The notes beneath the pieces were generated by a model. The model was given only the letters and a program-made list of their open reading frames with translations, was not told the DNA's origin and did no database searches. From Acidobacteriota bacterium (GTDB lineage Bacteria > Acidobacteriota > Polarisedimenticolia > Polarisedimenticolales > DASRJG01), in NCBI GenBank assembly GCA_032124015.1, contig JAQBEH010000049.1, forward strand, positions 12,458 to 76,457: a DNA stretch of 64,000 nt, given 5' to 3'. Within the stretch, counting starts at the first letter, position 1. Each line of letters starts with the position of its first letter. Shown in pieces: positions 36,583 through 48,150 of the stretch. The translations under genes and the position numbers were made by a program.

Positions 36583-36773
36583 CCCTAGGCGCCAAGCACG
36601 CGCACGACGATTCCCGCGCCCACGCGCGTCACGGCCGCGCGATTCCTTTCCCCGGACCGTTGGCCCGTTCAAGGGTCATCGTCCTTAGCCGAAGGTCAAC
36701 AACGCGAGGACGGTGAGAACCGCTGCGAATCTCATGGCATGACCCTCCCGGAGAGGCGGCCGGAGTGGCGGTA

Positions 36774-37802
36774 CTAGATCCGAAAGCTCTTCACCGTCTC
36801 GACGAACGCGATCGCGTTGTCGACCGGGGTCTCGGGAAAGATGCCGTGGCCGAGGTTGGCGATGTGGCCGGGTAGACCGGCGCCGTCTTCGAGCATCGCA
36901 AGTGTGCGGCGGCGCACCGTTGCGACATCGGCGAGGAGAACGCACGGGTCGAGGTTTCCCTGCAACGCAAACCCGCCGCCTACGGCGCGTGACGCGTCCG
37001 CCAGACTCCTGCGCCAGTCGGCGCCGAGCACGTCCGCGCCGCATTGTGCGACTTCGCGGGCCGCGTGCGCCGCATCGAGGGCGAAGTAGATCGTGGGGAC
37101 GCCCTCCGCCCGGACCGCTTCGAGCACGCGCTTCACGTAGGGGAGGGAGAACGCCGCATAGTCCTCGGCCGAGACCAGTCCCGCCCAGGTGTCGAACAAT
37201 TGGATCGCCTGGGCTCCCGCTCGCACTTGGGCGACGAGATAGCGAATGGTCGTTAGCGTCGTTTTGTCGAGCAGGGCATGGGCGACGTCGGGGGCGGCGT
37301 AGAGCATCCGCTTCCATTTCCCGAACGACCGGGACCCTTCCCCCTCGACGAGATACGCGGCGAGCGTGAACGGCGCGGCGCCAAAGCCGATCAACGGGAC
37401 GCGCCCCGCAAGCTCACGGCGAAGGATCCGGATCGTCTCGTAGACGAAAGGAACCTCCTGTTCGATCTCGGGAACGACGAGGCGGGCGACATCGTCGGCT
37501 GAGCGCACGGGCGGGTCGACGACCGGCCCCGGATTGAAGTCGAGGTTCAAACCCATCGCCGGTGCGGGAATGAGAATGTCCGAAAAGAGGATTGCGGCGT
37601 CGACGCCAAGCCTGTCGATCGGCTGAATGGTCACCTGGGCCGCAAGCTCTGGGGTCCGGCACAGCGTCAGGAAGTCGACTTTTCTTCTGACCTCGCGGTA
37701 CTCGGGGAGGTAACGGCCGGCCTGGCGCATGAGCCACACCGGAGGACGCGACCCTCGTTCGCCCCGGCAAGCTCGGAGGAAAAGATCGGTGTCGTGTTTC
37801 AT
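36774..37802 (-). CDS. hemE: uroporphyrinogen decarboxylase
   Basis: PPVWLMRQAGRYLPEYREVR signature, 342 aa full length. Confidence 0.95.
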   Translation of the reverse strand: MKHDTDLFLRACRGERGSRPPVWLMRQAGRYLPEYREVRRKVDFLTLCRTPELAAQVTIQPIDRLGVDAAILFSDILIPAPAMGLNLDFNPGPVVDPPVRSADDVARLVVPEIEQEVPFVYETIRILRRELAGRVPLIGFGAAPFTLAAYLVEGEGSRSFGKWKRMLYAAPDVAHALLDKTTLTTIRYLVAQVRAGAQAIQLFDTWAGLVSAEDYAAFSLPYVKRVLEAVRAEGVPTIYFALDAAHAAREVAQCGADVLGADWRRSLADASRAVGGGFALQGNLDPCVLLADVATVRRRTLAMLEDGAGLPGHIANLGHGIFPETPVDNAIAFVETVKSFRI

Positions 37803-37805
37803 GCG

Positions 37806-38969
37806 CTAGTCGTCCAGGATCGACTTGGCGATCGTCGACAGCTGCATGAATGAGGTGCCCTCGTAGATCTTCCCGATCTTGACGTCGCGGTAGTACTTCT
37901 CGACGGGGTATTCCGTCGAGTAGCCGTTACCGCCGAACACTTCGACCGCCATCGCGCAGATCCTTTCGGCGGCGTCGCTCGCGTACAGCTTTGCCATCGC
38001 GGCCTCTTTGACGAACGGGAGATCCGCGTCCCTGAGGCGCGCGGCGTTGTAGACCAGCAGGCGGGCCGCCTCGAGGCGCGTCGCGCCGTCGGCGAGCTGG
38101 AAGCGCATCGCCTGAAACTTGGAAAGGCGCTTGCCGAATTGAACCCGTTCCTTCGCATAGCCGATGGCCGCATCGAGCGCCGCTTGGCCGACGCCGACCA
38201 TCTGCGCGCCGATGCCGATCCGTCCTTCGTTCAACGTCTCGATGGCGATCTTGTACCCCTTCCCCACGGGGCCCATCAGCCGGTCCGCGGGGATGCGGCA
38301 GTTCGTGAGCAGGACCTCGCAGGTCGAGCTCGCGCGAATGCCCAGCTTGCTCTCGCGCTTGCCGAGCGAGAAACCCGGGTCGTCCTTTTCGACGAGAAAC
38401 GCCGTGATCCCCTTGTACCCGGCCTTCGGATCGACGGTGGCGAAGACCAGGAAGATCCCCGCCTCGGCGGCGTTGGTGATCCAGAGCTTCTGGCCGTCAA
38501 GGACGTAGTGATCGCCGCTTGAAACCGCGCGGCATTGGAGCGCGAACGCGTCGGAGCCGGAACCGGCCTCCGATAGACAGTACGACGCGACGGTGTCGGC
38601 CGACGTGCGCGTCAAGTACTTGGCCTTTTGTTCCGGCGTTCCATTCCGGTCGATGGCGTTGTTGACGAGTGTGTTCTGGACGTCGACGAGGACGCCCACC
38701 GCGGCGTCCGCGCGCGAAAGCTCTTCGACCGCGAGACACGCTTGGAAGAAACTCCCGCCGGAACCGCCGTACGCCTCCGGAACGTCGATTCCCATCAGCC
38801 CCATCTCGAAGAGCTTCAGGAGTACGGCGGGGTCGTAGCGGCCCGCGGTTTCCATCGCGCGCGCTTTCGGTGCGATCTCGGCCTGAGCGAATTCGCGCAC
38901 GGAATCGCGGAAGAGGGACTCTTCCTCCGAAAGAACGGTGAGTGGGGTCAAAACGGCGGGTGTCGACAT
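37806..38969 (-). CDS. acyl-CoA dehydrogenase (short/medium-chain type)
   Basis: 387 aa. Motifs: ASYCLSEAGSGSDAFAL, WITNAAEAGIFLVFA, and C-terminal YEGTSFMQLSTIAKSIL. Confidence 0.95.
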   Translation of the reverse strand: MSTPAVLTPLTVLSEEESLFRDSVREFAQAEIAPKARAMETAGRYDPAVLLKLFEMGLMGIDVPEAYGGSGGSFFQACLAVEELSRADAAVGVLVDVQNTLVNNAIDRNGTPEQKAKYLTRTSADTVASYCLSEAGSGSDAFALQCRAVSSGDHYVLDGQKLWITNAAEAGIFLVFATVDPKAGYKGITAFLVEKDDPGFSLGKRESKLGIRASSTCEVLLTNCRIPADRLMGPVGKGYKIAIETLNEGRIGIGAQMVGVGQAALDAAIGYAKERVQFGKRLSKFQAMRFQLADGATRLEAARLLVYNAARLRDADLPFVKEAAMAKLYASDAAERICAMAVEVFGGNGYSTEYPVEKYYRDVKIGKIYEGTSFMQLSTIAKSILDD

Positions 38970-38999
38970 CGGCGGCTCCTTGCGGGTGGCCGCGCATTG

Positions 39000-39032
39000 T
39001 AGCGAGCGGGGCGGAGGCTGTCCCCCGCGCTA
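39000..39032 (-). terminator. GC-rich hairpin after the repeat-protein gene
   Basis: TAGCGAGCGGGG...CCCCCGCGCTA, an imperfect inverted repeat immediately 3' of the stop at 39035. There is no U-tract. Confidence 0.3.
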
Positions 39033-39034
39033 CC

Positions 39035-42000
39035 TCAGGGCAGGTTGATCGTCAGGACGACCTCCGCCCCTTCCGCGAGCGTCGCGGCGGCCGTTGCGCG
39101 TCGCGACTCGGAGTCGACGGTCAACTCGTAGGCTCCGGGAGCGAGCGAGGAAACCGTCGTCGCGCCGTCGGCGCCGGTGGGCGGCGTCCTGTCGAGGAAC
39201 GACGCATAGCCGGCCCCGAGGTAGTCGGGAACCGCCCGGCAGGACACGCGAGCGCCCACCACGGGATTTCCGTCCGGATTGACAACGATTACGCGAACGT
39301 GGGCCGGACGGGGAGCGCGTAGCACCACGTCGACCCCGTCTTGCGGCTGAATGGACACGGCGCGCGCCGGAGGGAATCCCGACGCGACCGCAGTCAGGTC
39401 GATCGGACCGTCGACGGGCGCGGTCACGAAGAAGGCGCCGTTGACGTCTGAAACTGCTTGCATGGAGTCGCGCCCCGAAGACAGGGTGCCCGACGGTCCC
39501 GCCATCACCATGGCGCCGGCGATCCCGTTACCGCCGGCGTCGAGAACGCGGCCGCGCACCGTGCGTCCGGGTTCGAGACGTACGTCGACGGACGGAACGT
39601 CGTCCTCGTTCGCGATGGTCACGGGCGGCATCTCGGCGTTGCGGTAGCCGGAAGCCGCGACCGTGAGCCCGTAGACCCCCGGCTCGAGCCCTTCGACGAG
39701 GAACGATCCGTCCGGTTCGGTGCGGTCCTGCATTCCACCCCGCCCGTGACCCGATGGCTCCGACGCCGCGCCGGTGGCGGTCACGGTGACGACCGCCCCG
39801 GACACCGGCCTTCCTTCGGCGTTCGTCACGCGGCCGGAGATCCCGGCCGCCTTCATCGTGATGTCGACGACGGGGTTTTCTTGGTCCGGAACCTGGATGG
39901 AGATCGCGGATTGAGCGCCACCGAAGATGGCTCCGCCGGATGCGACCACGACCTGGTAGGAACCCGCGGTGTCGAGTCCGACCTGGTAACGGCCCTCGGC
40001 GTCGGTGCGCGACTGCCTGAGATCCGCCGGCGTCCCGCTTCCGTTCGACGTGTTGAAAAAGAGCATCGCATTGCCGACCGGTTGTCCGCCCTTGAGCACG
40101 TGCCCGGTGAGGTTGATCTTGGCGGCGTCGTCCAGATCGTGAACGGTCGTTTCGCCCTCTTTCACGACGACCTGGCGCATGCCGCCGACAAGCATCAACG
40201 GTCCTCCGCCCGTCGGCGCGCGGATCACCATGTATTCGCCGGGAGCGATCTTCTCGAAGGTGTAGCGCCCGTCCGCTCCCGTCGAAACGGTTTGAGGTCC
40301 GCCGCTCATCGGCACCTTGGTGAGCAGCACCTGGGCGCCGACCTGAGGCACCTTCTGAGCATCCCGCACGAGGCCCGTGATCGTCCCGCCGCGCGAGAGC
40401 TTGATGACGAAGTCGTCGGTGTCGGCGTCGGCGGCGATCTCGACGCGGCCGGTGTTGGGGGAGAAATCCGGCTGCGACGCATCGATCGCGTAGGTGCGCG
40501 GCTCCAATCCTGCGATCTCGAACCGTCCGTCGAGCCCGGAGATCGCAAGCCCCGCGGTGGTGTCGCCGCCGATGGACATCCTGAAACTCTGCGGCGGCGC
40601 AACCGACACGGTCGCCCCCGGAACCGGCGCGTCGTCTTTTGCGGCGACGACCCGCCCGCGCAGCGCGCGGCCGTCTTCGAGCGTGATCGTTCCGACGTCG
40701 ACGACCTGGTCCGAGACGACCGTCAGCCCGCTCTTTCGCGCGGGGGCCTTCCCGTCGGCATTTGCCGTGATGGTCACGATGCCCGGATCGACTCCGTCGA
40801 GGCGGAAGTTCCCTGAGGGGTCGGTGAAGATCTTGTCTTCTTCCGGTCGGTCGGCGATCATGACCCGGAACCCCTGCCGCTCCTGATTTTCTTTGGCCTC
40901 GGGGAACGCCTGCACGCGAAACGCCGGCGGGACCGCGCCGCCCACGGAGAGGACGCGACCTACGACGCTCCCCGTTTTTTCGAGCGTGAAATCGACCGCG
41001 GTGTCCCCTGGGGTCGCGCCCTCGCGAGTCGAGTTCGCATAGCCCTCGGCCCGTACCGACATGTTGCGCAAGGGTTGGTCGCCAAGCCCGGAGAGGCGGA
41101 AACGGCCATCCTCACCCGATCGCGCCTCGCGCGAGAGCCGCATTTGGGCGTCGAGCCACAACCCCGAGATCGTCGCCCCTGCGATGGGCCGTCCGCTCGT
41201 GTCGGTGATGCGCCCAGAGATGCTCTTCGATTCCTTGACGCGCAAGGTGCCGAGATCCGTCGTCTCGCCGTTCTTGAGCTTGAGACCTGTTTTAGTGATG
41301 TCCGCGAAGTCCGGGGGCTGCAACGTCAGATCGAAAGTCCCCGGATCGAGCGCCTTGATGAGGAACTTCCCGTCGCCTTGCGGCTCGATCTTGTCCTGGT
41401 CGACGTCGCCCCTGCCCAACCCCATGCCGCGGCGCCTTCCGCCGCCTTGCGGCTGGAGCTGCACTTCGACGCTTTTCACCGGGACGTCCTCGTCGGTCGC
41501 GAGGCGGAAAGCGAGGAGCGCTCCGGACTCGAGCTTCAGCTCGAGGTCGGCTCGGTCGGTCCCCGCCTCGACCGGAATGGGGCCGTCGTCCTTCGTGGCC
41601 AAGCCTTCCTTCGTCGCCCGTACGGTGTACTTGTTCCCCGCGGCGATCCCATCGAACGCGAACTTGCCGTCGACGTCGGTGCGTTGCGCTCCGTTGCCCT
41701 CGCGCAGCATCGCGAAGAGGCTCCCGTCCGAGGGCGACGCCGTGACGATCGCATCCGCGAGCGGTTTCCCGTCGGGGCCCAAAACGCGCCCCGCGATCCG
41801 GCCACCCGGCTGCAGGTAGAGCGTATTGGCGTCGGGGTTGCGCTCTTCACCGGGTGCGACCGGCTTGGCGACGACCTGATCGAGGCGCGCCTTGGCCTTC
41901 GCCTTTGCTATCGCTTCGACGATGATGATGCCGGGAGCGCAATCGGCCAGGATGAACGTTCCGTCCTCGGCAGTCTTGACGGTGTGCGCCGCATCCGTTC

Positions 42001-42523
42001 CGAAGCGCGCGGCATCCTTCTCGAGTCCCGTGACCGTGGCGTTTGCGATCGGCTTTTGAGTCGTGAGGTCGAGCACGCGGCCGACGACGGTCGTTCCGGG
42101 TTTGAGTCGCAAGGTGACGGCGGCCCCCGCCGGAATGTTGTTCGCGCCCGTCGGGGCGAATCCCGGGGCCTCGATACGCAGCGCGAAGGGGCCGGTCGCA
42201 AGTCCGTCGAGGCGGAACGCGCCCGTGGCGTCTGTCTTGGCGACGACGGCTTTCGGCGCGTCGGGCGCCCGGCGAACGCGGCGAGGGGATTCGGTCTTTT
42301 TCGGCATGGGGATCGCGCGCACCGTTGCGGCGGCGACGGGCTTCCCGTCGGGTCCCGTGACCTTTCCCGTGATCGTCTTTGCGGGCGGGGGTTTCGTCAC
42401 CGCACCGGTCGGCACGGCCGCGGCCGCCGCGACCGGTGCTCCGACACCGGGCTTCATCTCGTCCGCGAGAACTCCGGGGTGGGCGACAAGGCCGATGGCA
42501 AGAGCGACGATCATCAGTCGCAT
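39035..42523 (-). CDS. large secreted protein made of ~12 tandem carboxypeptidase-regulatory-like (CarboxypepD_reg) domains
   Basis: Signal peptide MRLMIVALAIGLVAHPGVLA. A recurring ~85-90-aa unit begins (I/V)xGRVxDxxGxPxxGAxV and contains F.(L/I).GL.PG.Y. I count about 12 units by eye. Confidence 0.85.
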   Translation of the reverse strand: MRLMIVALAIGLVAHPGVLADEMKPGVGAPVAAAAAVPTGAVTKPPPAKTITGKVTGPDGKPVAAATVRAIPMPKKTESPRRVRRAPDAPKAVVAKTDATGAFRLDGLATGPFALRIEAPGFAPTGANNIPAGAAVTLRLKPGTTVVGRVLDLTTQKPIANATVTGLEKDAARFGTDAAHTVKTAEDGTFILADCAPGIIIVEAIAKAKAKARLDQVVAKPVAPGEERNPDANTLYLQPGGRIAGRVLGPDGKPLADAIVTASPSDGSLFAMLREGNGAQRTDVDGKFAFDGIAAGNKYTVRATKEGLATKDDGPIPVEAGTDRADLELKLESGALLAFRLATDEDVPVKSVEVQLQPQGGGRRRGMGLGRGDVDQDKIEPQGDGKFLIKALDPGTFDLTLQPPDFADITKTGLKLKNGETTDLGTLRVKESKSISGRITDTSGRPIAGATISGLWLDAQMRLSREARSGEDGRFRLSGLGDQPLRNMSVRAEGYANSTREGATPGDTAVDFTLEKTGSVVGRVLSVGGAVPPAFRVQAFPEAKENQERQGFRVMIADRPEEDKIFTDPSGNFRLDGVDPGIVTITANADGKAPARKSGLTVVSDQVVDVGTITLEDGRALRGRVVAAKDDAPVPGATVSVAPPQSFRMSIGGDTTAGLAISGLDGRFEIAGLEPRTYAIDASQPDFSPNTGRVEIAADADTDDFVIKLSRGGTITGLVRDAQKVPQVGAQVLLTKVPMSGGPQTVSTGADGRYTFEKIAPGEYMVIRAPTGGGPLMLVGGMRQVVVKEGETTVHDLDDAAKINLTGHVLKGGQPVGNAMLFFNTSNGSGTPADLRQSRTDAEGRYQVGLDTAGSYQVVVASGGAIFGGAQSAISIQVPDQENPVVDITMKAAGISGRVTNAEGRPVSGAVVTVTATGAASEPSGHGRGGMQDRTEPDGSFLVEGLEPGVYGLTVAASGYRNAEMPPVTIANEDDVPSVDVRLEPGRTVRGRVLDAGGNGIAGAMVMAGPSGTLSSGRDSMQAVSDVNGAFFVTAPVDGPIDLTAVASGFPPARAVSIQPQDGVDVVLRAPRPAHVRVIVVNPDGNPVVGARVSCRAVPDYLGAGYASFLDRTPPTGADGATTVSSLAPGAYELTVDSESRRATAAATLAEGAEVVLTINLP

Positions 42524-42587
42524 GGTGGGGACCCTCCTCGATCGAACGAGCCACCCGTTATACGCGCGAACAGGGTGAAAGGTCGAA

Positions 42588-43871
42588 CTAGCCGGCGCCC
42601 CCCGACAGGACGACTGCTTCGCCGCCGTAGAGGCTCGACGGGAAGAGGATCGGAAGCAGCTCGTGAAGGAACTGGCGGCGCTTGTACGCCGCGTGGCTCG
42701 CGAAATGCGTGTCGTAGAGCGTGCTCAGGTACGCCTCGAGCGGGAAGATCTGAATCTCGACCGAGAACATGTAGGGAACGTCCGACGACGGGTCGTCCAT
42801 CAGGATGTCGACGATTTCCTTGAGCACGAGAAACCCACTCGACGATTGCGGGTCGAGGCGGGCGCGATCGCGGCTTCCGGACAGCGTGTCGATCCGATCG
42901 CGGCATCGGAGCGGTCCGCCAAAGGCGGAAACGAGCCTCCGTTCCAACGCGTAGGTCTGGGAACGGTCCCCGACGATGAACATGGCCCCCAGAAGGTCCT
43001 GGACCATACGCGGATCGGGGATCGCCCTGCGGATCAGCTTGGAGAGGATCGATCCGCTGTGCCGTCCTAGTCCCGGCCAGCGCGGGGACTCGGCAATGCG
43101 GATCCAGCCTTCGTCGGCGCGCTTGTCGGTCTCCGGGTCCGCTTCACGTTTGAAACGGGTCCGGTAGTGAAAGATCTCGATCGCCGGATCGCGTCCTTCG
43201 GCCGGGAGCTTTCGCGGCCGGAAACGGAACGCGCGCGCGCCGGGACCTACGACTTCGACTTCGTCCGAATTTTGGACCTCGGAGAACAGAGCGTCTTTGA
43301 CGATCGACTCGAACCGGACGAGGTGCTTCGGGCCGTCGCGCACCGCCCGCGAATGGTCGATGTCGAAGAGGAGCTTTGCGAGGTAGAGCTTTCGCTGCGC
43401 CTCGTAGCGCGCGCGTGTGTGCGGTCCCTCGAACGTCGCCTTGAGCAGGTCGCGAATCGTGCTCGCGCCGCGGGTTTCGGGGAGCGGCGCGAGATGCCGC
43501 GCGAGCGAATCGGGCACGAGCCGCAGCAGATCGTTCAGGTAGGCGTCGGCATCGTGGAAATAGGGGGCGAGGTCGACGGCGGTTGAGGACCGGCTGCCGG
43601 CCGGCATCACGTACCCGCGGACGACGCGCTCGAACACGACGGGGTCGCGCATCATCCGGCGGTACGTGTCGATCCAGAGGCGCGCGAGCGCGGGATGGCG
43701 GCTCGGGAGCCGAGGGTCGAGCAACGGATGGGCTTCGTACGCCGCGGCGAGCTGCGCGTCGGGTGTGGGCGCGGGGCGTCGAGAAGTCTCTGTCACGGTA
43801 GTTCTTTCGCCCCGCGAGAGTACCAAAGTGCGAGGTGGGGTGCGAGCGCGTGCTAATCTGGCCGTTCTCAT
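42588..43871 (-). CDS. hypothetical protein with divergent RelA/SpoT-like (RSH synthetase-fold) C-terminal domain
   Basis: The C-terminal 150 aa carry, in canonical order and spacing: [14 protein letters not shown] (cf. GRxKxxxSxxxK), DLLGAMFIV (cf. DxxGxRxI), RDRIDT...[11 protein letters not shown] (cf. DYI..PK..GYxSxH), VEIQIFP (cf. EIQIRT) and SHAAYK (cf. H..YK). The start is uncertain: ATG 43871 lies only 15 nt from the divergent tpx, and there is an in-frame GTG at 43796. Confidence 0.65.
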   Translation of the reverse strand: MRTARLARARTPPRTLVLSRGERTTVTETSRRPAPTPDAQLAAAYEAHPLLDPRLPSRHPALARLWIDTYRRMMRDPVVFERVVRGYVMPAGSRSSTAVDLAPYFHDADAYLNDLLRLVPDSLARHLAPLPETRGASTIRDLLKATFEGPHTRARYEAQRKLYLAKLLFDIDHSRAVRDGPKHLVRFESIVKDALFSEVQNSDEVEVVGPGARAFRFRPRKLPAEGRDPAIEIFHYRTRFKREADPETDKRADEGWIRIAESPRWPGLGRHSGSILSKLIRRAIPDPRMVQDLLGAMFIVGDRSQTYALERRLVSAFGGPLRCRDRIDTLSGSRDRARLDPQSSSGFLVLKEIVDILMDDPSSDVPYMFSVEIQIFPLEAYLSTLYDTHFASHAAYKRRQFLHELLPILFPSSLYGGEAVVLSGGAG

Positions 43872-43885
43872 ACGGAGGATCCTGC

Positions 43886-44389
43886 ATGGCCAACATCACG
43901 CTCAAGGGCAATCCCTTCCATACGTCCGGAGAGCTCCCTGCGGTCGGGGCGCCGGCTCCGAACTTCCGCCTCGTCACGGCCGACCTTCAAGACGTCACCC
44001 TCGACACCTACCGGGGAAAAACCAAGGTCTTGAACATCGTCCCGAGCCTGGACACCCCGGTTTGCGCGGCCTCCGCGCGCAAGTTCAACGAAAAGGCCGC
44101 TTCGATCAGGGACGCCGTGGTGCTCGTCGTTTCGGCGGACCTGCCGTTCGCGATGAAGCGTTTCTGCACGACCGAGGGCCTTCACAACGTGCTGCCGCTT
44201 TCGATGATGCGCGGCCGCAACTTCGCGAAGGAATACGGGACGCTCATCACCGACGGTCCACTCGAAGGGATCTCCGCGCGCGCGGTGGTGGTCATCGACG
44301 CGAACGACAAGGTCGTCTACACGCAACTCGTAAAGGAAATCGGCGAGGAGCCGAACTACGACGCCGCGCTCGCCGCGATCGCGAAGTAG
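43886..44389 (+). CDS. tpx: thiol peroxidase (atypical 2-Cys peroxiredoxin Tpx)
   Basis: Start at [18 protein letters not shown], with the peroxidatic-Cys context [12 protein letters not shown] and the resolving-Cys context [19 protein letters not shown] is present. Confidence 0.95.
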   Translation: MANITLKGNPFHTSGELPAVGAPAPNFRLVTADLQDVTLDTYRGKTKVLNIVPSLDTPVCAASARKFNEKAASIRDAVVLVVSADLPFAMKRFCTTEGLHNVLPLSMMRGRNFAKEYGTLITDGPLEGISARAVVVIDANDKVVYTQLVKEIGEEPNYDAALAAIAK

Positions 44390-44400
44390 GCAAATCCGGT

Positions 44401-45255
44401 TCAGCCGACGAACGGGGCGAGGCCTTCGCGAAAGCTCGGATAGGCCAGAACGGTTTCGAGTTCGCGACGAGTCGCCTCGGAGCTGACGCGACGGTTCGCG
44501 CCGCGCCGTCCCCCCTTGGGGCTTCCCTCAGGCCGCCGGGACGGATCCATCCCGATCCGCGCGGAGATCCAGGCGACGAGATCCCGCCGCATCGCGGGGG
44601 AGGCGTCGCTGGCGTGGTAGATCGCGCCCGGGCTCCCGCGATCGAGCGCCGCGATGACCGCAACCGCGGCATCGTCGCGATGGCAGAAGTTCATCCACGT
44701 CTCGTCCCCATCACCCAACGCAAGGGTTCCCGCGCGCACGCGTTCGATCGTACCCGTGCGCCCGGGACCGTACAGGCCGGAGCAGCGGACGATGCGCGGT
44801 TGCGCGCGATGCCACGACCGGTCAAGGACGAGGCGCTCGGCCTCGACGAGCACTTGGGCCGTCGGTTCCGCCGGTGAGGGCGGCGTCGACTCGTCCACCC
44901 ACGATCCGTCGGTTCGGCCGAAGACCCCCGTCGAGCTCACGTAGACGAACGCGGCGCCGTCGGCGCCTTCCGATTCGAGGACGCATCGGGTCGCCTCGAG
45001 ATAGGCGCGTCGATAGGCGGCCGCGCCGCGACCCGACGCCGACTGCATGGCCACGATCCCGTCGTAACGGCCCCGGATCGATCGCGACGCGCCGGGGGCG
45101 GCGAGATCGAGGGCTGAAGCTTCGATCCCGATCTCGCGCAGGTGCTTCGCGCTCGGTTCGGTCCGCGTCAGCGCCGTGACGCGATCGCCTCGGGCGACGA
45201 GACGCCTCGCTACCTCCCGTCCCAGCCAGCCGCACCCCGCGAGAAGTAAGTGCAT
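44401..45255 (-). CDS. NAD(P)-binding epimerase/dehydratase-family (atypical SDR) protein
   Basis: Rossmann N-terminus MHLLLAGCGWLGREVARRLVARG, followed by ...YVSSTGVFG... and the LYGPGR motif. Confidence 0.75.
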   Translation of the reverse strand: MHLLLAGCGWLGREVARRLVARGDRVTALTRTEPSAKHLREIGIEASALDLAAPGASRSIRGRYDGIVAMQSASGRGAAAYRRAYLEATRCVLESEGADGAAFVYVSSTGVFGRTDGSWVDESTPPSPAEPTAQVLVEAERLVLDRSWHRAQPRIVRCSGLYGPGRTGTIERVRAGTLALGDGDETWMNFCHRDDAAVAVIAALDRGSPGAIYHASDASPAMRRDLVAWISARIGMDPSRRPEGSPKGGRRGANRRVSSEATRRELETVLAYPSFREGLAPFVG

Positions 45256-45308
45256 GGGAGGACAGTAGCACCCGCGCTTGCCGCGCTGTCGGCTACAATG
45301 CCGCGGAC

Positions 45309-46300
45309 ATGGATTACGCGATCGAAGGGTTCGAGCTCGAAAAGTCGTTCGCGAAGAAACGCTCCCTCACGGAACTGGTCACGAAGCCGTTCGCGGTTCC
45401 CGAACGCGTCCGCGCCTTGCGCGGCGTCGACCTGGGCGTCAAGACGGGGGAGATCTTCGGGCTACTCGGTCCCAACGGGGCCGGCAAGACGACGCTCGTC
45501 AAGATCCTCTCGTGCCTCATCCTCCCGGATCACGGCCGTGCCTCGATCGGCGGAGAGGACGTGCGTCACGAAAACAAGGTCAAGCCGCGGATGGGATTGG
45601 TGCACTCGGACGAACGCTCGTTCTACTGGCGGCTTTCGGGGCGGGAGAATCTGAGGTTCTTCGCCCGGCTCTACGACGTCCCCGGCAAGCGCATCGACTC
45701 CCGGATCGACGAGCTCCTGCTGAAGGTGGATCTCACCGAAGCCGCGCCCCAGCGGTTCGCGGACTACTCCTCGGGGATGAAGCAACGTCTCGCGATCGCG
45801 CGCGCCCTGCTCCACGATCCGCCGGTGCTGCTGATGGACGAACCCACCCGGAGCCTGGATCCGTCGGCGTCCCTTGCGCTGCGCGCTCTGATCAAAGACG
45901 AGCTCCAGGGGCGCGACGGGAAGACGATTCTCCTGGCCACCCACAACCTGCGCGAGGCCGAGGTCTTGTGCGACCGGGTCGCGATTCTCGTGCAGGGGAC
46001 CGTGCGGCAGGTCGGCACCGTCGCCGAGGTTCGCCGCTGGGGGATCGACGAGCATCAGTTCCGGCTCGAGGTCGCCAACTGGCGCGACGACATCGCCGGC
46101 CCGTTTCGGATCGTCTCGAACGAGCACGCCGGCGAAAACCGGCGCGTCGTGGTCGCCCTCGACGGGAAGATCGTTCTCGACGACGTGTTGAAATCGGTGA
46201 TGGCCCAAGGCGGCTCGATCCGGGCCTGCGACCGGATCGAGCCGGACCTCGAGGAGGCGTTCGCGCGGTTGCTGGCCCAAGAGACCGCGAGGGGTAGCGT

Positions 46301-46304
<4 letters not shown>
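45309..46304 (+). CDS. ABC transporter ATP-binding protein
   Basis: Walker A GLLGPNGAGKTT, signature YSSGMKQRLAIARAL, Walker B LLMDEPT, H-loop ATHNL. Confidence 0.9.
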
Positions 46305-48119
<1,815 letters not shown>

Positions 48120-48150
48120 GCCGTAGATTAGTTGCGAAGGAGACAGAACG

